Shown: positions 8,704-18,350 of the stretch, piece by piece
Layout: the number at the start of each line of letters is the position of its first letter
How positions within the stretch are numbered: position 1 is the first letter of the stretch
Assembly (NCBI GenBank): GCA_040876835.1
Contig: JBBDOX010000011.1
Span: forward strand, 1,452-65,451
DNA from: Candidatus Anderseniibacteriota bacterium
GTDB taxonomy: Bacteria; Patescibacteriota; Andersenbacteria; UBA10190
Direction of reading: 5' to 3'
Length of the DNA stretch: 64,000 bases
Notes under the pieces: model-generated
Told to the model about the DNA's origin: nothing
Database searches by the model: none
The model's input: the letters and a program-made list of their open reading frames with translations, nothing else
Translations under genes and position numbers: made by a program

Positions 8704-10473
8704 ATGAGTAGTGAAACTGAGCAGATTAAAGACCGACTGGAGATTGCCCAGATCGTGGGCGAATATGTGGTGTTAAAGCCGGCCGGCCGCAGCTTAAAAG
8801 GCCTGTGTCCGTTTCACAACGAGAAGACGCCGTCTTTTACCGTGAGTCCTGACCGAGGCACCTGGCACTGCTTTGGTGCCTGTGGCGAGGGGGGAGATAT
8901 TTTTACCTTTATCCAAAAAGCCGAAGGGCTGGATTTTCCGGCAACATTGAAGCTGCTGGCTGAACGGGCGGGAGTACAACTCAAAGCTGGCTCGCCTCAA
9001 AGCACTAATCACCGTCAGCGGTTATTCGATGTCCTCTCCGCCAGCGCCCGATTTTATCACCAGATTTTAATGACTCAGCAGGCCGGCCGTAAAGCTCGGG
9101 AGTATTTACTGGAGCGCGGTGTGACGAGGGAGACGATGGAGCTGTTCCAGATCGGGTACGCACCTGATTCGTGGGACGTGCTTCAGCAGTGGCTACGCAA
9201 GCACGGGTTTTCCGATCAGGAAATGATTCAGTCAGGGGCGGTAGGTAAAAGCCAGCGGGGCAAACAATATGACCGGTTCCGCGGCCGGATCATTTTTCCG
9301 GTCCAGGATACTCAAGGACGGGTGGTAGCATTCGGCGGCCGTATTGTTCCGTGGCTGGCAACGGGCGAGGAAGGTAAATATATTAACTCTCCTGAAGGGC
9401 CACTGTATGAAAAGCGGCGTGTTGTCTACAACTTGAACCGGGCCAAGCAGGCGCTGCGTCAGAATGCTCCCTGTATTGTGGTGGAGGGGTATATGGATAC
9501 GGCCCTGTTAGTTCAGGCAGGGGTGCAGAACGTCGTGGCTACATCAGGGACAGCTTTTACCGAAGAGCATATTACGCAACTGGCGCGCTTTACTAAAACC
9601 CTCCACTTTGCCTTTGACGGGGATGCGGCCGGCTGGAAGGCAACTGTTTCTGCAACCCAGGCGGCGTTAGCAGCCGGTATGACGGTTGCGACTATCCAAC
9701 TGCCGGCAGGACAGGATCCGGCAGATGTAGTGGTGAAGATGCCGGACAAAGTTCAGGAAACGATGACCCATACAGAATCCCTGATGGCAGTGTTGCTGAC
9801 TCAGCTGAAAGGTAGTTCCAATACAACTGACCGTCAGCAGCAGCTGGAGGCCGTATTGCCACTAGTGCGCATGGTAAAAAATCCCATTCAGCAAGGGCGG
9901 ATGATTCAGGAGATTGCGGACAGTCTTCACGTGCCTGAAACCCGCGTTATTGACCTGATTGAATCCACCCCGGCCTCTCATATCGCGGCTATCCAGTCTT
10001 CTCAAGAGGTAATGACGATGAGTGAAGGAGGGTCCAGCAGCCTGGTGGAGCGGCAAGTGTTGGGACTGCTTCTAGTAGACACTACAGTAAGGGCGGACTT
10101 TTTCCCGTATATGGAGGCAGAATTTTTCCTTGACTCACCCGCCGTTGCGTTATATAACTCAATGCAACGAATCGCTGAAGAAAATGCAAAATTTGACTCC
10201 CTGTCTGCGAATGAGCTGGTGGGCCTGTTGCCCCCGGAATTACTCTCGTATGCGGAAGGAGTGCGGTCATCTGGGGAGGAGCTGTTAAGCACAACTAGCT
10301 TAACTGCTTCCCAAGAAGGACGTCAGCTTTTGCGTTCACTTCAGCATCGTTCACTGCGAAGTCGCTTGCAGCAGCTGCAGACCCGTTTGCAGCAAAGCGG
10401 AGAGAATGAACGAGCAGATGCGCTTCAGGAATTCCGCGGTTTAACGGAAGAGCTGGCGCAGATCGACTCCTAA
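8704..10473 (+). CDS. dnaG: DNA primase
   Basis: 589 aa. CHC2 zinc finger [11 protein letters not shown]…HCFGCGEGGD. Toprim region (…VVEGYMD…FDGDAAG…). Confidence 0.92.
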   Translation: MSSETEQIKDRLEIAQIVGEYVVLKPAGRSLKGLCPFHNEKTPSFTVSPDRGTWHCFGACGEGGDIFTFIQKAEGLDFPATLKLLAERAGVQLKAGSPQSTNHRQRLFDVLSASARFYHQILMTQQAGRKAREYLLERGVTRETMELFQIGYAPDSWDVLQQWLRKHGFSDQEMIQSGAVGKSQRGKQYDRFRGRIIFPVQDTQGRVVAFGGRIVPWLATGEEGKYINSPEGPLYEKRRVVYNLNRAKQALRQNAPCIVVEGYMDTALLVQAGVQNVVATSGTAFTEEHITQLARFTKTLHFAFDGDAAGWKATVSATQAALAAGMTVATIQLPAGQDPADVVVKMPDKVQETMTHTESLMAVLLTQLKGSSNTTDRQQQLEAVLPLVRMVKNPIQQGRMIQEIADSLHVPETRVIDLIESTPASHIAAIQSSQEVMTMSEGGSSSLVERQVLGLLLVDTTVRADFFPYMEAEFFLDSPAVALYNSMQRIAEENAKFDSLSANELVGLLPPELLSYAEGVRSSGEELLSTTSLTASQEGRQLLRSLQHRSLRSRLQQLQTRLQQSGENERADALQEFRGLTEELAQIDS

Positions 10474-10489
10474 CGTTACTATTACCCCT

Positions 10490-11830
10490 GTGCCACGTAA
10501 GAATTCTTCAGCGAAAAAGAATAGCAAACGTACGAGCAAGGCCGAAAAGTCGACTCGAAAAACTGCACCCCAAAAAAGCGCAAAGAAAACTTCTGCGCGC
10601 TCTTCAGCTGCCAAGAAAAGCTCCGGGCGAACTATCTCTAAACGGGTGTCCAAAAAGCCGGCCCGCAAGCCTCAAAAATCTGCCGGAAAGACAGTTGTTC
10701 GCAAGCGAGTTCCCAAGCAGACTACTGAAGAAATCTTAACGTCTGCTCCGATTATGGGACTGTTGCAGAAAGGTATTCAGACCAGCTTTGTAACTGAAGG
10801 GGAGATTTTACACGCCATCCCGGAAGTCGAGGAACACATTGAAGCCCTAGAAGAACTGTATGATGAGCTGGAAAAGAAAGGCATTCGCATTGAAGAGCCC
10901 CAGGATAGTTTAATTGACTATGACTTGCCTGACGCGCTGCCGAACAAGATCAAGCGTAAAGAGCGGGAAGCCAGCTTGGATAACATTATCGATGTCAGTA
11001 ATATTTCTGATGATTCCGTCCAGATGTATTTGCGCGAAATCGGCAAGGTGCCGCTGCTCAAGGCTGAAGAAGAAGTTGAACTGGCTAAGCGGATTGAACA
11101 GGGTGACAACGAAGCGCGCAAGCGTCTGGCGGAAGCTAACCTGCGTCTGGTTGTCTCAATTGCCAAGAAGTACACTGGCCGTAAAAACCTGTCTCTACTG
11201 GATCTGATCCAGGAGGGAAATATGGGTCTGTTCCGGGCTGTCGAAAAATTTGATTACCGCAAAGGATACAAGTTCTCCACCTACGGCACATGGTGGATTC
11301 GTCAGGCGATCACGCGCGCGCTGGCTGATCAGTCCCGCACCATCCGTATTCCGGTGCACATGGTGGAGACGATTAATAAATTTACGCAAGTGCAGCGTCG
11401 TCTGCTGCAGGACTTAGGACGTGATCCTCTGCCGGAGGAAATAGCGGCCGAGATGGAGCTGCCGGTGGAAAAAGTCCGGCACATTATGAAGATCTCACAG
11501 GAAACAGTCTCCATTGACGCCTCAGTTGGAGATGATGAGGAAGACTCCACCCTCAAGGACTTTATTGAAGACGAGGTAACTATCACTCCTCAACAGGCGG
11601 CGGGCCGGGAGCTTTTGCAGGAACATGTTCAGGAGATTTTAGGAGACTTAACGCCGCGTGAGCAGAAGATTCTGGAGATGCGTTTCGGACTGCTGGACGG
11701 GGTGACGCATACTCTGGAGGAAGTAGGACGGGAATTCGATGTTACCCGCGAGCGCATTCGTCAGATCGAAGCTAAGGCCTTAGAGAAGATCCGTGACCAT
11801 CACAAGGTTAGAAAATTACGTGATTATTAA
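10490..11830 (+). CDS. rpoD: RNA polymerase sigma-70 factor RpoD with a lysine-rich N-terminal tail
   Basis: Region 2-4 motifs (…[57 protein letters not shown]…). A GTG start follows the dnaG stop. The N-terminal ~90 aa is K/S/A-rich. Confidence 0.88.
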   Translation: MPRKNSSAKKNSKRTSKAEKSTRKTAPQKSAKKTSARSSAAKKSSGRTISKRVSKKPARKPQKSAGKTVVRKRVPKQTTEEILTSAPIMGLLQKGIQTSFVTEGEILHAIPEVEEHIEALEELYDELEKKGIRIEEPQDSLIDYDLPDALPNKIKRKEREASLDNIIDVSNISDDSVQMYLREIGKVPLLKAEEEVELAKRIEQGDNEARKRLAEANLRLVVSIAKKYTGRKNLSLLDLIQEGNMGLFRAVEKFDYRKGYKFSTYGTWWIRQAITRALADQSRTIRIPVHMVETINKFTQVQRRLLQDLGRDPLPEEIAAEMELPVEKVRHIMKISQETVSIDASVGDDEEDSTLKDFIEDEVTITPQQAAGRELLQEHVQEILGDLTPREQKILEMRFGLLDGVTHTLEEVGREFDVTRERIRQIEAKALEKIRDHHKVRKLRDY

Positions 11831-11833
11831 TCT

Positions 11834-12523
11834 ATGAATACCAATGTTGCAATCGGCACGATTGCCGTTATCGTTATTATTGGCGGACTATTCTATATCA
11901 GCCGCCTGACCAAGTCGGGGACGCAGTACGTCCCGTACTCCACGGACACGTTCGAGTCTTCAGACACTTCAACCCTTAATGAGCAACCCTCTACAACTCC
12001 TATGACATCAAATGCCAACATTGAACCGGTAAACAGTCAGATACGAGCAACGTTGAAGACGAATAAAGGAGATATTGCTGTAATGCTTGACGGCACGAAG
12101 GCACCCGTAACTGTCGGTAACTTCGTCCAGTTAGCGCGGGCGGATTTCTACGACGGTACGACATTTCACCGGATCATTCCTGATTTTATGATCCAGGGTG
12201 GCGATCCATATTCGAAAGACCCAGCTAAGCAGGCTGTAGTGGGCAGTGGAGATCCCGGCTATAAATTTGAAGACGAAATAAACAGTCGCAAGCTGGTGCG
12301 GGGCTCCCTGGCTATGGCCAACAGCGGTCCTAACACTAACGGCAGCCAGTTCTTTATCGTAACCACGGAAGCCACCCCCTGGCTGGATGGACTGCATACG
12401 AATTTTGGAGAGGTTGTTTCCGGGATGGAAGTCGTTGACGCTATCTCCGCCGTTCAAACGGGAGTCGGGGACAGACCTGTTGAGCCTGTTGTAATAGATG
12501 ATGTTATACTAGAGAGCATATGA
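11834..12523 (+). CDS. Cyclophilin-type peptidyl-prolyl cis-trans isomerase with N-terminal membrane anchor
   Basis: 229 aa. …FHRIIPDFMIQGGDP…GSLAMANSGPNTNGSQFFIVT… cyclophilin signature. N-terminal hydrophobic helix. Confidence 0.85.
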   Translation: MNTNVAIGTIAVIVIIGGLFYISRLTKSGTQYVPYSTDTFESSDTSTLNEQPSTTPMTSNANIEPVNSQIRATLKTNKGDIAVMLDGTKAPVTVGNFVQLARADFYDGTTFHRIIPDFMIQGGDPYSKDPAKQAVVGSGDPGYKFEDEINSRKLVRGSLAMANSGPNTNGSQFFIVTTEATPWLDGLHTNFGEVVSGMEVVDAISAVQTGVGDRPVEPVVIDDVILESI

Positions 12524-12639
12524 ACTTCGGTACACAAATTATCGTAAGCGCGGTTGTAATCGTTGTATTAGTGATTGCCATCGCAACATTCGGGCACTTC
12601 TTCGGAGAGCAGCTTAAGGCAGCGATCCCGTTTTTCTAG
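12520..12639 (+). CDS. Possible 39-aa single-helix membrane peptide
   Basis: ATG overlaps the cyclophilin stop (ATATGA). MNFGTQIIVSAVVIVVLVIAIATFGHFFGEQLKAAIPFF. Below the ORF-track size cutoff. Unverified. Confidence 0.25.
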   Translation: MNFGTQIIVSAVVIVVLVIAIATFGHFFGEQLKAAIPFF

Positions 12640-12648
12640 GGGCTACTC

Positions 12649-12680
12649 TGTCAGGTGCGCTGACAATATCTGATTGTCAG
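12649..12680. promoter_or_regulatory. Cluster of TGTCAG/CTGACA inverted repeats including a perfect 8-bp-arm palindrome CTGACAAT-ATC-TGATTGTCAG
   Basis: Read directly from the sequence at the end of the dnaG-rpoD-PPIase operon. No U-run follows. Could be an operator or an RNA hairpin. Confidence 0.3.
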
Positions 12681-13030
12681 TTGTGCTGAATATCATACAG
12701 TGGTGATACTGCAGACGTCACAGGTAGCAAAAGTGTCCACGCGGTGGGCTCTTAGCTTTACTCGTAGTTCTTTATCTGGGAGGAATCTGGTTGAGGTTTT
12801 TGGAAAACTAGGTAGGCAGCCGCTTACTTCCTGGATCGAATATGTTGTATATGAAATACCGCTGTGGTTATATTCGGCGGTATTTCATGTATATGGCTTG
12901 CAAAACAAGGCCTGGTCCTGCAAAATCACTTCGTACCTCTTATACATACGGAGGGTGTTCCTTACTTTGAAACAAGGCCCAGTAATGGGCCTTTATTCCC
13001 GGGTAGCTCAATGGCAGAGCAACTGGCTGT

Positions 13031-13578
13031 GACATGTTCGTATTTAGTCTGCTAAAATATAAAGTATGATTGAAAAGCGAACATATGCCGACCGTCGCGA
13101 GCAAAACATCAAGGCTGTAGCTAAGCGTCGAAGAAAGCTAAAAGCAATGGTGATTGAGTATAAAGGCGGTAAGTGTATGATTTGTGGCTATACTCGTAGT
13201 GCGGCAGCATTAGAGCTTCATCATGTTAATCCCAAGGAAAAATCATTTAGTCTCTCCAAAAGAGGGCTGACGAGATCTTGGGAAAAGACAAAAGCTGAAG
13301 CTGATAAGTGTGTGCTAATCTGCTCGAATTGTCACAAAGAAGTACATGCAGGTGTAACGCAGCTTCCGCAAGTAATTGCGGTCGAATAACTGGGTGAATT
13401 CGGGGAAGCCTTAACTGGTAATCCCGAGCCAAGCCGAAGAGGGTATATAAGTTCTTCGGAAGGTGTAGAGACTAGGAAGTGAGTCCCAACAATATTCTTC
13501 CAGATAGCGCCCAGTACCCTTATATGTTGTAAGGGTGATGATATAGTCCATGCCGGCACGAAAGTGTTGGGTTACATG
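13031..13578 (+). mobile_element. Group I intron (548 nt) in the tRNA-Asn anticodon loop, carrying an HNH homing endonuclease ORF
   Basis: The 5' exon ends in U and the intron ends in G (omega-G). An R-like element GAGACUA (13468-13474) and an S-like element GAUAUAGUCC (13540-13549) can pair as P7 (GACUA/UAGUC). ORF 13066-13389 sits in a peripheral loop. Confidence 0.7.
13066..13389 (+). CDS. HNH homing endonuclease (intron-encoded)
   Basis: 107 aa. CMICG…LELHHVNPKEK…CSNCHKEVH is an HNH/zinc-finger nuclease motif. Basic N-terminus. Confidence 0.75.
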   Translation: MIEKRTYADRREQNIKAVAKRRRKLKAMVIEYKGGKCMICGYTRSAAALELHHVNPKEKSFSLSKRGLTRSWEKTKAEADKCVLICSNCHKEVHAGVTQLPQVIAVE

Positions 13579-13674
13579 TAACCAGTAGGTTGTCGGTTCG
13601 AGTCCGACCCCGGGAGCAAGTTTGTACGTTCGGTTATTATGGTGTTTACGTATTGATTGCTATAAATTGATTGC

Positions 13675-14175
13675 ATGGCTAACAATATCGCTTTTATTGA
13701 TGGACAGAATTTGCATATGGGAACGACTATGTCAGATAGACCATGGCGCGTGGATTTATCAAGATTTAAAATATACTTGCAGCAGAAGTACAATGTGAAA
13801 GAAGCGTACTACTTTCTAGGATTTACTCAGGACAGCCACCAAGACCTATATGATTCCATTCAAAAAGCTGGGTTTATTTTACAGTTTCGAGAACACAGTT
13901 CAGCTATGTTAGGAAAGAAGAAAGGCAACGTCGATACCGACATCGTGTTTTCAATAATGAAGAAGCTGTATCAGCAAGAAGACTTTGAAAAGGTTGTCTT
14001 AGTATCTGGTGATGGAGATTATAGAATGATGGTTGATTTTTTGATTGATGAGAACCGTTTGAGGAAGATATTATTTCCAGAACAAAGGCGAGCTTCGTCT
14101 CTGTATAAAAAGATTGATCTGAAATATAGGGCTGACTTGAGCGCTCAGGACGTGCGAAGAAAAATTGGACGATAA
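13675..14175 (+). CDS. NYN-domain (LabA-like, PIN-related) protein
   Basis: 166 aa. FIDGQNL…NVDTDIV…VLVSGDGDY matches the NYN/COG1432 acidic-residue pattern. Confidence 0.68.
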   Translation: MANNIAFIDGQNLHMGTTMSDRPWRVDLSRFKIYLQQKYNVKEAYYFLGFTQDSHQDLYDSIQKAGFILQFREHSSAMLGKKKGNVDTDIVFSIMKKLYQQEDFEKVVLVSGDGDYRMMVDFLIDENRLRKILFPEQRRASSLYKKIDLKYRADLSAQDVRRKIGR

Positions 14176-14291
14176 ATAAAGAAAAGGGCTCCTTAGGTAA
14201 TTAGCCGTTCGGATCCCTTTTCGTCGTGATAGCTACAGCATACACAAGTGTCATACATTGTCAATAACAAAAAAGAGTAATAAAGATACAA

Positions 14292-14414
14292 TCAATAAAC
14301 TAAATCTGCCGTTGTTTACCCTGAGCACAGTCGAAGGGTGCAGCTAGGTCTGGGACATAAATATAGTCTTTTTGCCTCTGGAAAATAGTTCTAACGTCGT
14401 CTACGATTCGGAGC
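14292..14414 (+). repeat. REP-like intergenic repeat, family R1 copy a; tandem degenerate second unit at 14481-14530
   Basis: About 100 nt similar to 21522-21620. Includes an identical 37-mer CTGGAAAATAGTTCTAACGTCGTCTACGATTCGGAGC at 14378-14414. A degenerate unit with palindromic core CTGGTTCGAAACCCGG follows at 14481. Confidence 0.7.
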
Positions 14415-14693
14415 CAAGTCGATTTTATTGCCGCAACTGTGGCCTGATTGCCTTCTACAAGGCAAAAATCGCCAAAATTCGCTGGTTCGAAACCCGGTAA
14501 AATGGCCTTAACATCATCTACGGGTGGGCCTTACACTACCACTAGAAATTTTGTTGACCGGCGTTCTTACGTTCGCCATAGTGTTTGCCTGATTGATCTT
14601 AATTAGGGGAGGGGAAGCTTGACCATGAATCTGGTGTGGGTATACTTAATGTATTGCTTAATATATTAAGTAAGTGATACCCTGATATTACCT

Positions 14694-15008
14694 ATGCTAA
14701 CCAAGAAGGATATACAAGCCGTGCGTGAGGCGATCATTGTTGATGATGAACAGTGGCCGCTAATGTTTAATGCCCTCGCTGACGTGGGCCGGTTTCGCAT
14801 CTTTAAACTATTACTAAAGCAACCGGAAGTGTGTGTGACTGATGTGGCCAATGTGTTGCAAATCTCTCTGCCAGCGGCTTCCCAGCAACTGCGGATTATG
14901 GAGCATGCGGGCTTAGTGAAAAAAGAGCGAATGGGTCAGATGATGTGCTACAGACTCTGTAATGACGATCTGCTTGTGAAATCAATTATTAAGATTACTA
15001 AAAAGTAG
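14694..15008 (+). CDS. ArsR/SmtB-family metalloregulatory HTH repressor
   Basis: 104 aa. …RFRIFKLLLKQPEVCVTDVANVLQISLPAASQQLRIMEHAGLV… is a winged-HTH ArsR signature. First gene of a co-directional nine-gene cluster. Confidence 0.75.
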   Translation: MLTKKDIQAVREAIIVDDEQWPLMFNALADVGRFRIFKLLLKQPEVCVTDVANVLQISLPAASQQLRIMEHAGLVKKERMGQMMCYRLCNDDLLVKSIIKITKK

Positions 15009-15015
15009 CAGATAT

Positions 15016-16029
15016 ATGAAGCAGCCGGCTACCATCATTCTTATCATCGTTTTAGCAGTAGTCGTTGCCGGGGGAGCCCGGTGGTGGCAGAGCAGATCAT
15101 TCAATCTGCCGTGGGGAGGAGAAGGCGTAACCGAAACAATTATGGTAGATAACCAAGAAAAAGAAATTATGGTAACAGACGGAGTTAAGCACAGTGTCCC
15201 TCTTGAGGAGATACGGACTGGGTGTCCGGGGCGAGATTGTATTCCGTCCATTGATAATCCGCAGTTTGAATCTGTTGAGCAGGCAGCCACGTGGCTTAAC
15301 GGTGATGATATTGGTCTGGCACTGGACTTGCGTGGCGTCAAACGGTTCTATCCCTTTCGTATTCTTGTCTCGCACGAGATTGTCAATGACACTATAGGCA
15401 GTCAGCGCGTCCTTGTGTCGTATTGTCCGCTATGTTTTACGGCTATTGTATTTGATCCCCTCGTCGAAGGTGAGCGGGTAGAGTTTGGCGTGTCCGGCAA
15501 ACTGTGGAATTCCAATCTGCTTATGTATGACCGCAAAACGGAGGATACCTTGTGGTCGCAGGTGCAGGGCGAAGCGGTAGTGGGGCCGTTAACCGGCACA
15601 ACATTACCCATTCTGCCTTCTGATGTGTCTAAGTTCGGTGCCTGGAGCGGCACTAATCCTGATGGCGAGGTGCTGTCCCGGGATACCGGCCGCTCGTTTG
15701 TTTCGTATGACAGCGTTCCCTATGGTGGCGATCTCACTAACATTGAGCCGTTCTTTCCCTACTCAAACAAAGACAGCCGTCTTGAGGCGACGGATATCGT
15801 GGCCGGGATCATTATTGGAGATGTACCGAAAGCATATTTGATGACAGCTGTGCAAGAGGCGGGATCATTTACCGAGACGGTAGGCGGAGTGTCTCTGCGA
15901 GTTGAATATGTTAAAGGAGAAGATGCAATCAGGGTGTTCAATGCCGATACCAATGAACGCATTCCTACGATTCCAGCTTTCTGGTTCTCGTGGGTGTCAA
16001 CTCATCCTGAGACAGAATTGTACGAATGA
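15016..16029 (+). CDS. DUF3179-family protein with N-terminal membrane anchor
   Basis: 337 aa. Cys-containing motifs CPGRDCIPSIDNP and YCPLCFTAIVFD. Resembles the uncharacterised DUF3179 family. Confidence 0.55.
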   Translation: MKQPATIILIIVLAVVVAGGARWWQSRSFNLPWGGEGVTETIMVDNQEKEIMVTDGVKHSVPLEEIRTGCPGRDCIPSIDNPQFESVEQAATWLNGDDIGLALDLRGVKRFYPFRILVSHEIVNDTIGSQRVLVSYCPLCFTAIVFDPLVEGERVEFGVSGKLWNSNLLMYDRKTEDTLWSQVQGEAVVGPLTGTTLPILPSDVSKFGAWSGTNPDGEVLSRDTGRSFVSYDSVPYGGDLTNIEPFFPYSNKDSRLEATDIVAGIIIGDVPKAYLMTAVQEAGSFTETVGGVSLRVEYVKGEDAIRVFNADTNERIPTIPAFWFSWVSTHPETELYE

Positions 16030-16667
16030 TTATGAATACAAAAATCATTACCGCAGGCCTTGGTGCAGCGGCGCTCATTGGAGCAGTTATATTTTTTACT
16101 CGTTCTCCACAAGCCGCTCAAGAGACAAACGTAGTCCTGTCTGCTGAACAGACGGGCGGTGTGGAATCAGGAGGCTGTCCGATTAGCAGCACGGGGCAGT
16201 GTGAGGCAGATGGCGGACACCAGACACCTACTGCCTCAACCGGTTCAACCGCGATGGTCTCTGAAAGTGTCGGCGATCACGATTTCACACTGGAAAAACT
16301 TGGCGGCGGGACGATTACGTTGGCAGAGTATCGCAGTCAAAAACCGGTCATTGTCGACTTCTGGGCATCTTGGTGTCCGAACTGCCGGCGGGACATGCCA
16401 AAAGTAAACGAGTGGTACCAACAGTACCGTGATCAGGTGGAAGTTATTGGTGTTAACCTCCAGGAGAGCTCGAAGACGGTTCAGCAGTTTGTTGACAGTA
16501 ATGACATAGTTTTTCCGATTGCGCTTGACCCAGCCGGGGTTGCATCGGCTCAATTCGGAATCCAGTTTACAAATACCCATCTTCTATTCAACAAATCTGG
16601 TGAGCTCGTCCGCGTGATTCCCGGCGATATTAAAGAGGAGGATATTGTATCCTTAATAGAATCGTAA
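16026..16667 (+). CDS. TlpA/ResA-like thiol:disulfide oxidoreductase (thioredoxin fold), membrane-anchored
   Basis: 213 aa. WASWCPNCRRDMP CxxC active site. N-terminal hydrophobic helix. ATG overlaps the upstream stop. Confidence 0.75.
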   Translation: MIMNTKIITAGLGAAALIGAVIFFTRSPQAAQETNVVLSAEQTGGVESGGCPISSTGQCEADGGHQTPTASTGSTAMVSESVGDHDFTLEKLGGGTITLAEYRSQKPVIVDFWASWCPNCRRDMPKVNEWYQQYRDQVEVIGVNLQESSKTVQQFVDSNDIVFPIALDPAGVASAQFGIQFTNTHLLFNKSGELVRVIPGDIKEEDIVSLIES

Positions 16668-16670
16668 ACC

Positions 16671-17201
16671 ATGCAGTCGAAGACCACACTATCGATCGCC
16701 GCCGCCGTTGTCACTATTGTGGCGGGAGCAGTGTGGCTTAGTGCGCAAAATATGAGTCAGGAAGAAGTCAACGAACCCTCGAGTGCGCAACTACCTAGTG
16801 TTTCTTTGACAGATTATGAGGGTAATGAAGTGAACGTAGCTGACTTTTTTGGTAAACCAATCGTTGTTAACTCGTGGGCCGTTTGGTGCCCGTTTTGTGT
16901 GAAAGAATTGCCGGATTTTGTGACGGTCCAGAAAGAATTTGAAAATCAGGTTACCTTTATTGCCATTGACCGCGCCGAACCGCGTGACGTGGCTAAAGAG
17001 TTTACTGATGGCTTAGGCATTACTGATGACTTAGTATTCTTGCTCGATCCAAGAGACTCTTTTTACCAAGCCATTGGAGGTTTTTCTATGCCGGAGACGT
17101 TGTTCGTGAACACTGACGGGGAAGTGGTATTTCACAAGCGCGGCCCGATGCCGCTTGAAGAAATCCGGCAACGGACGCAAGCGTTACTTCAGCAGCAATA
17201 A
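16671..17201 (+). CDS. Second TlpA-like redoxin
   Basis: 176 aa. WAVWCPFCVKELPD CxxC site. N-terminal anchor. Confidence 0.75.
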   Translation: MQSKTTLSIAAAVVTIVAGAVWLSAQNMSQEEVNEPSSAQLPSVSLTDYEGNEVNVADFFGKPIVVNSWAVWCPFCVKELPDFVTVQKEFENQVTFIAIDRAEPRDVAKEFTDGLGITDDLVFLLDPRDSFYQAIGGFSMPETLFVNTDGEVVFHKRGPMPLEEIRQRTQALLQQQ

Positions 17202-17205
17202 ATCT

Positions 17206-17967
17206 ATGATAGATGTTTCTTTGATTATCCCCTCGTTTATAGCCGGCGTACTCACATTCTTGGCGCCCTGCACGCTGCCGTTGGTGCCTGGCTATTTAGG
17301 ATTTATCAGCGGCGTGTCGCTTGATGATTTGCGTGATCCGGTGAAAGCTCCGGGCATTCGTCGTCGAATTCTCTTAAACGGTCTGTTGTATGTTATCGGT
17401 TTTAGCGTTGTCTTTATTATTCTCGGATCATTAGTCGGTTTTGCCGGAGCTTTACTGGGGCAGTATCGTTTGTGGCTGACTCGTATTGGCGGGGTGCTGG
17501 TGATCTTCTTCGGGCTTTACATGATGCGGATTATCAAGCTACCGGCCTCAATGAGCGCGGAAAAACACTTCATTCCCGTGCGCTGGCTTAAACCCGGACA
17601 TCCAACGAGTTCTTTTCTGTTTGGCGTGGCCTTTGCCGCCGGGTGGACTCCGTGCGTAGGCCCCATACTCGCCTCTATCCTGGCGTTAGCGGCGGCGACA
17701 ACCACTCTGTGGCAAGGCGCGTTTTTACTGACTATTTTCTCACTCGGCCTGGCAGTGCCGTTTTTGGTCATCGCTGCCGGTATCGGGTCGGTCGCCCCGC
17801 GGCTCACTAAGCTGGAGAAGTATCTCAATTGGGTATCAATTGTCGGCGGGATATTCCTGGTCTTTGTCGGTATCTTGCTTCTAACCAATCGCTTGGCGGT
17901 CTGGATTGGCTACTCGTACCAGTGGCTGGAATTTCTTAACTATGACCGGTTACTCGAATACCTATGA
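17206..17967 (+). CDS. ccdA: Cytochrome c-type biogenesis / thiol-disulfide transporter CcdA (DsbD membrane core)
   Basis: ATG at 17206, 4 nt after the redoxin stop. …LAPCTLPLVPGY… and …WTPCVGPILASIL… are the two conserved Cys-containing TM motifs. The upstream in-frame extension of the ORF track is rejected. Confidence 0.78.
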   Translation: MIDVSLIIPSFIAGVLTFLAPCTLPLVPGYLGFISGVSLDDLRDPVKAPGIRRRILLNGLLYVIGFSVVFIILGSLVGFAGALLGQYRLWLTRIGGVLVIFFGLYMMRIIKLPASMSAEKHFIPVRWLKPGHPTSSFLFGVAFAAGWTPCVGPILASILALAAATTTLWQGAFLLTIFSLGLAVPFLVIAAGIGSVAPRLTKLEKYLNWVSIVGGIFLVFVGILLLTNRLAVWIGYSYQWLEFLNYDRLLEYL

Positions 17968-18347
17968 AGTATCAACTTGCCAGGAAAGAACTTTTTAAGA
18001 TAACCTGGTTCCCGGTGCTGATAGCATCGTTATGCTGTTTTGCTCCCGTTATTCTGGTGCTGTTTGGTTTGAGCACCGTTGCGTTTGCGGCGTCACTTTC
18101 CGATTTTCTCTACGGTCAATACAAATGGTGGTTTCGCTTGGTTGGTCTATTGCTGCTGGCTGCTTCACTCGTGGTCTACCTGCGTCGCTCAAAAGGTATT
18201 TGCACCATTAATCAAGCCAAACAAAGGCGCAATGAAATCATTAACTTAGCCTTCATAGTCTTAAGCGTCAGTGTGGTTGGGTATATCCTATGGTTATATG
18301 TCATTGTTGAACTTATTGGCCATCTCCTGGGTATTTGGGGAGTATAG
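17964..18347 (+). CDS. Small polytopic membrane protein with CC motif in TM1 (MerT-like)
   Basis: 127 aa. …ASLCCFAPVILVLFGL…YLRRSKGIC… resembles the MerT-superfamily architecture (vicinal Cys pair in the first helix). Assignment is tentative. Confidence 0.4.
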   Translation: MKYQLARKELFKITWFPVLIASLCCFAPVILVLFGLSTVAFAASLSDFLYGQYKWWFRLVGLLLLAASLVVYLRRSKGICTINQAKQRRNEIINLAFIVLSVSVVGYILWLYVIVELIGHLLGIWGV

Positions 18348-18350
18348 TCT

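Larger units (their letters stand above)
12997..13616 (+). tRNA. tRNA-Asn(GUU) interrupted by a group I intron
   Basis: 5' exon 12997-13030: UCCCGGG-UA-GCUC AAUGGCA GAGC-A-ACUGG-CUGU. 3' exon 13579-13616: UAA-CCAGU-AGGUU-GUCGG UUCGAGU CCGAC-CCCGGGA-G. Joined, they give a canonical cloverleaf with anticodon loop CUGUUAA (anticodon GUU). Confidence 0.75.

Noticed and set aside
12700-13055. ORFs 12700-13032(+) and 12864-13055(+) immediately upstream of and overlapping the tRNA-Asn 5' exon
   Set aside because: They run into the tRNA exon and intron start and have no motifs. They are more likely promoter or leader sequence.
13572-13793. ORF 13572-13793(-), 73 aa
   Set aside because: It lies antisense across the tRNA-Asn 3' exon and the NYN gene start, so it is spurious.
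14480-14496. GGTTCGAAACC motif considered as a tRNA T-arm or pseudo-tRNA
   Set aside because: No acceptor, D-arm or anticodon arm can be formed around it. It recurs as part of the intergenic repeat family instead.
17155-17205. Upstream extension of the CcdA ORF (MKKSGNGRKRYFSSNKS)
   Set aside because: It overlaps the last codons of the upstream redoxin gene. The ATG at 17206 follows that gene's stop by 4 nt.
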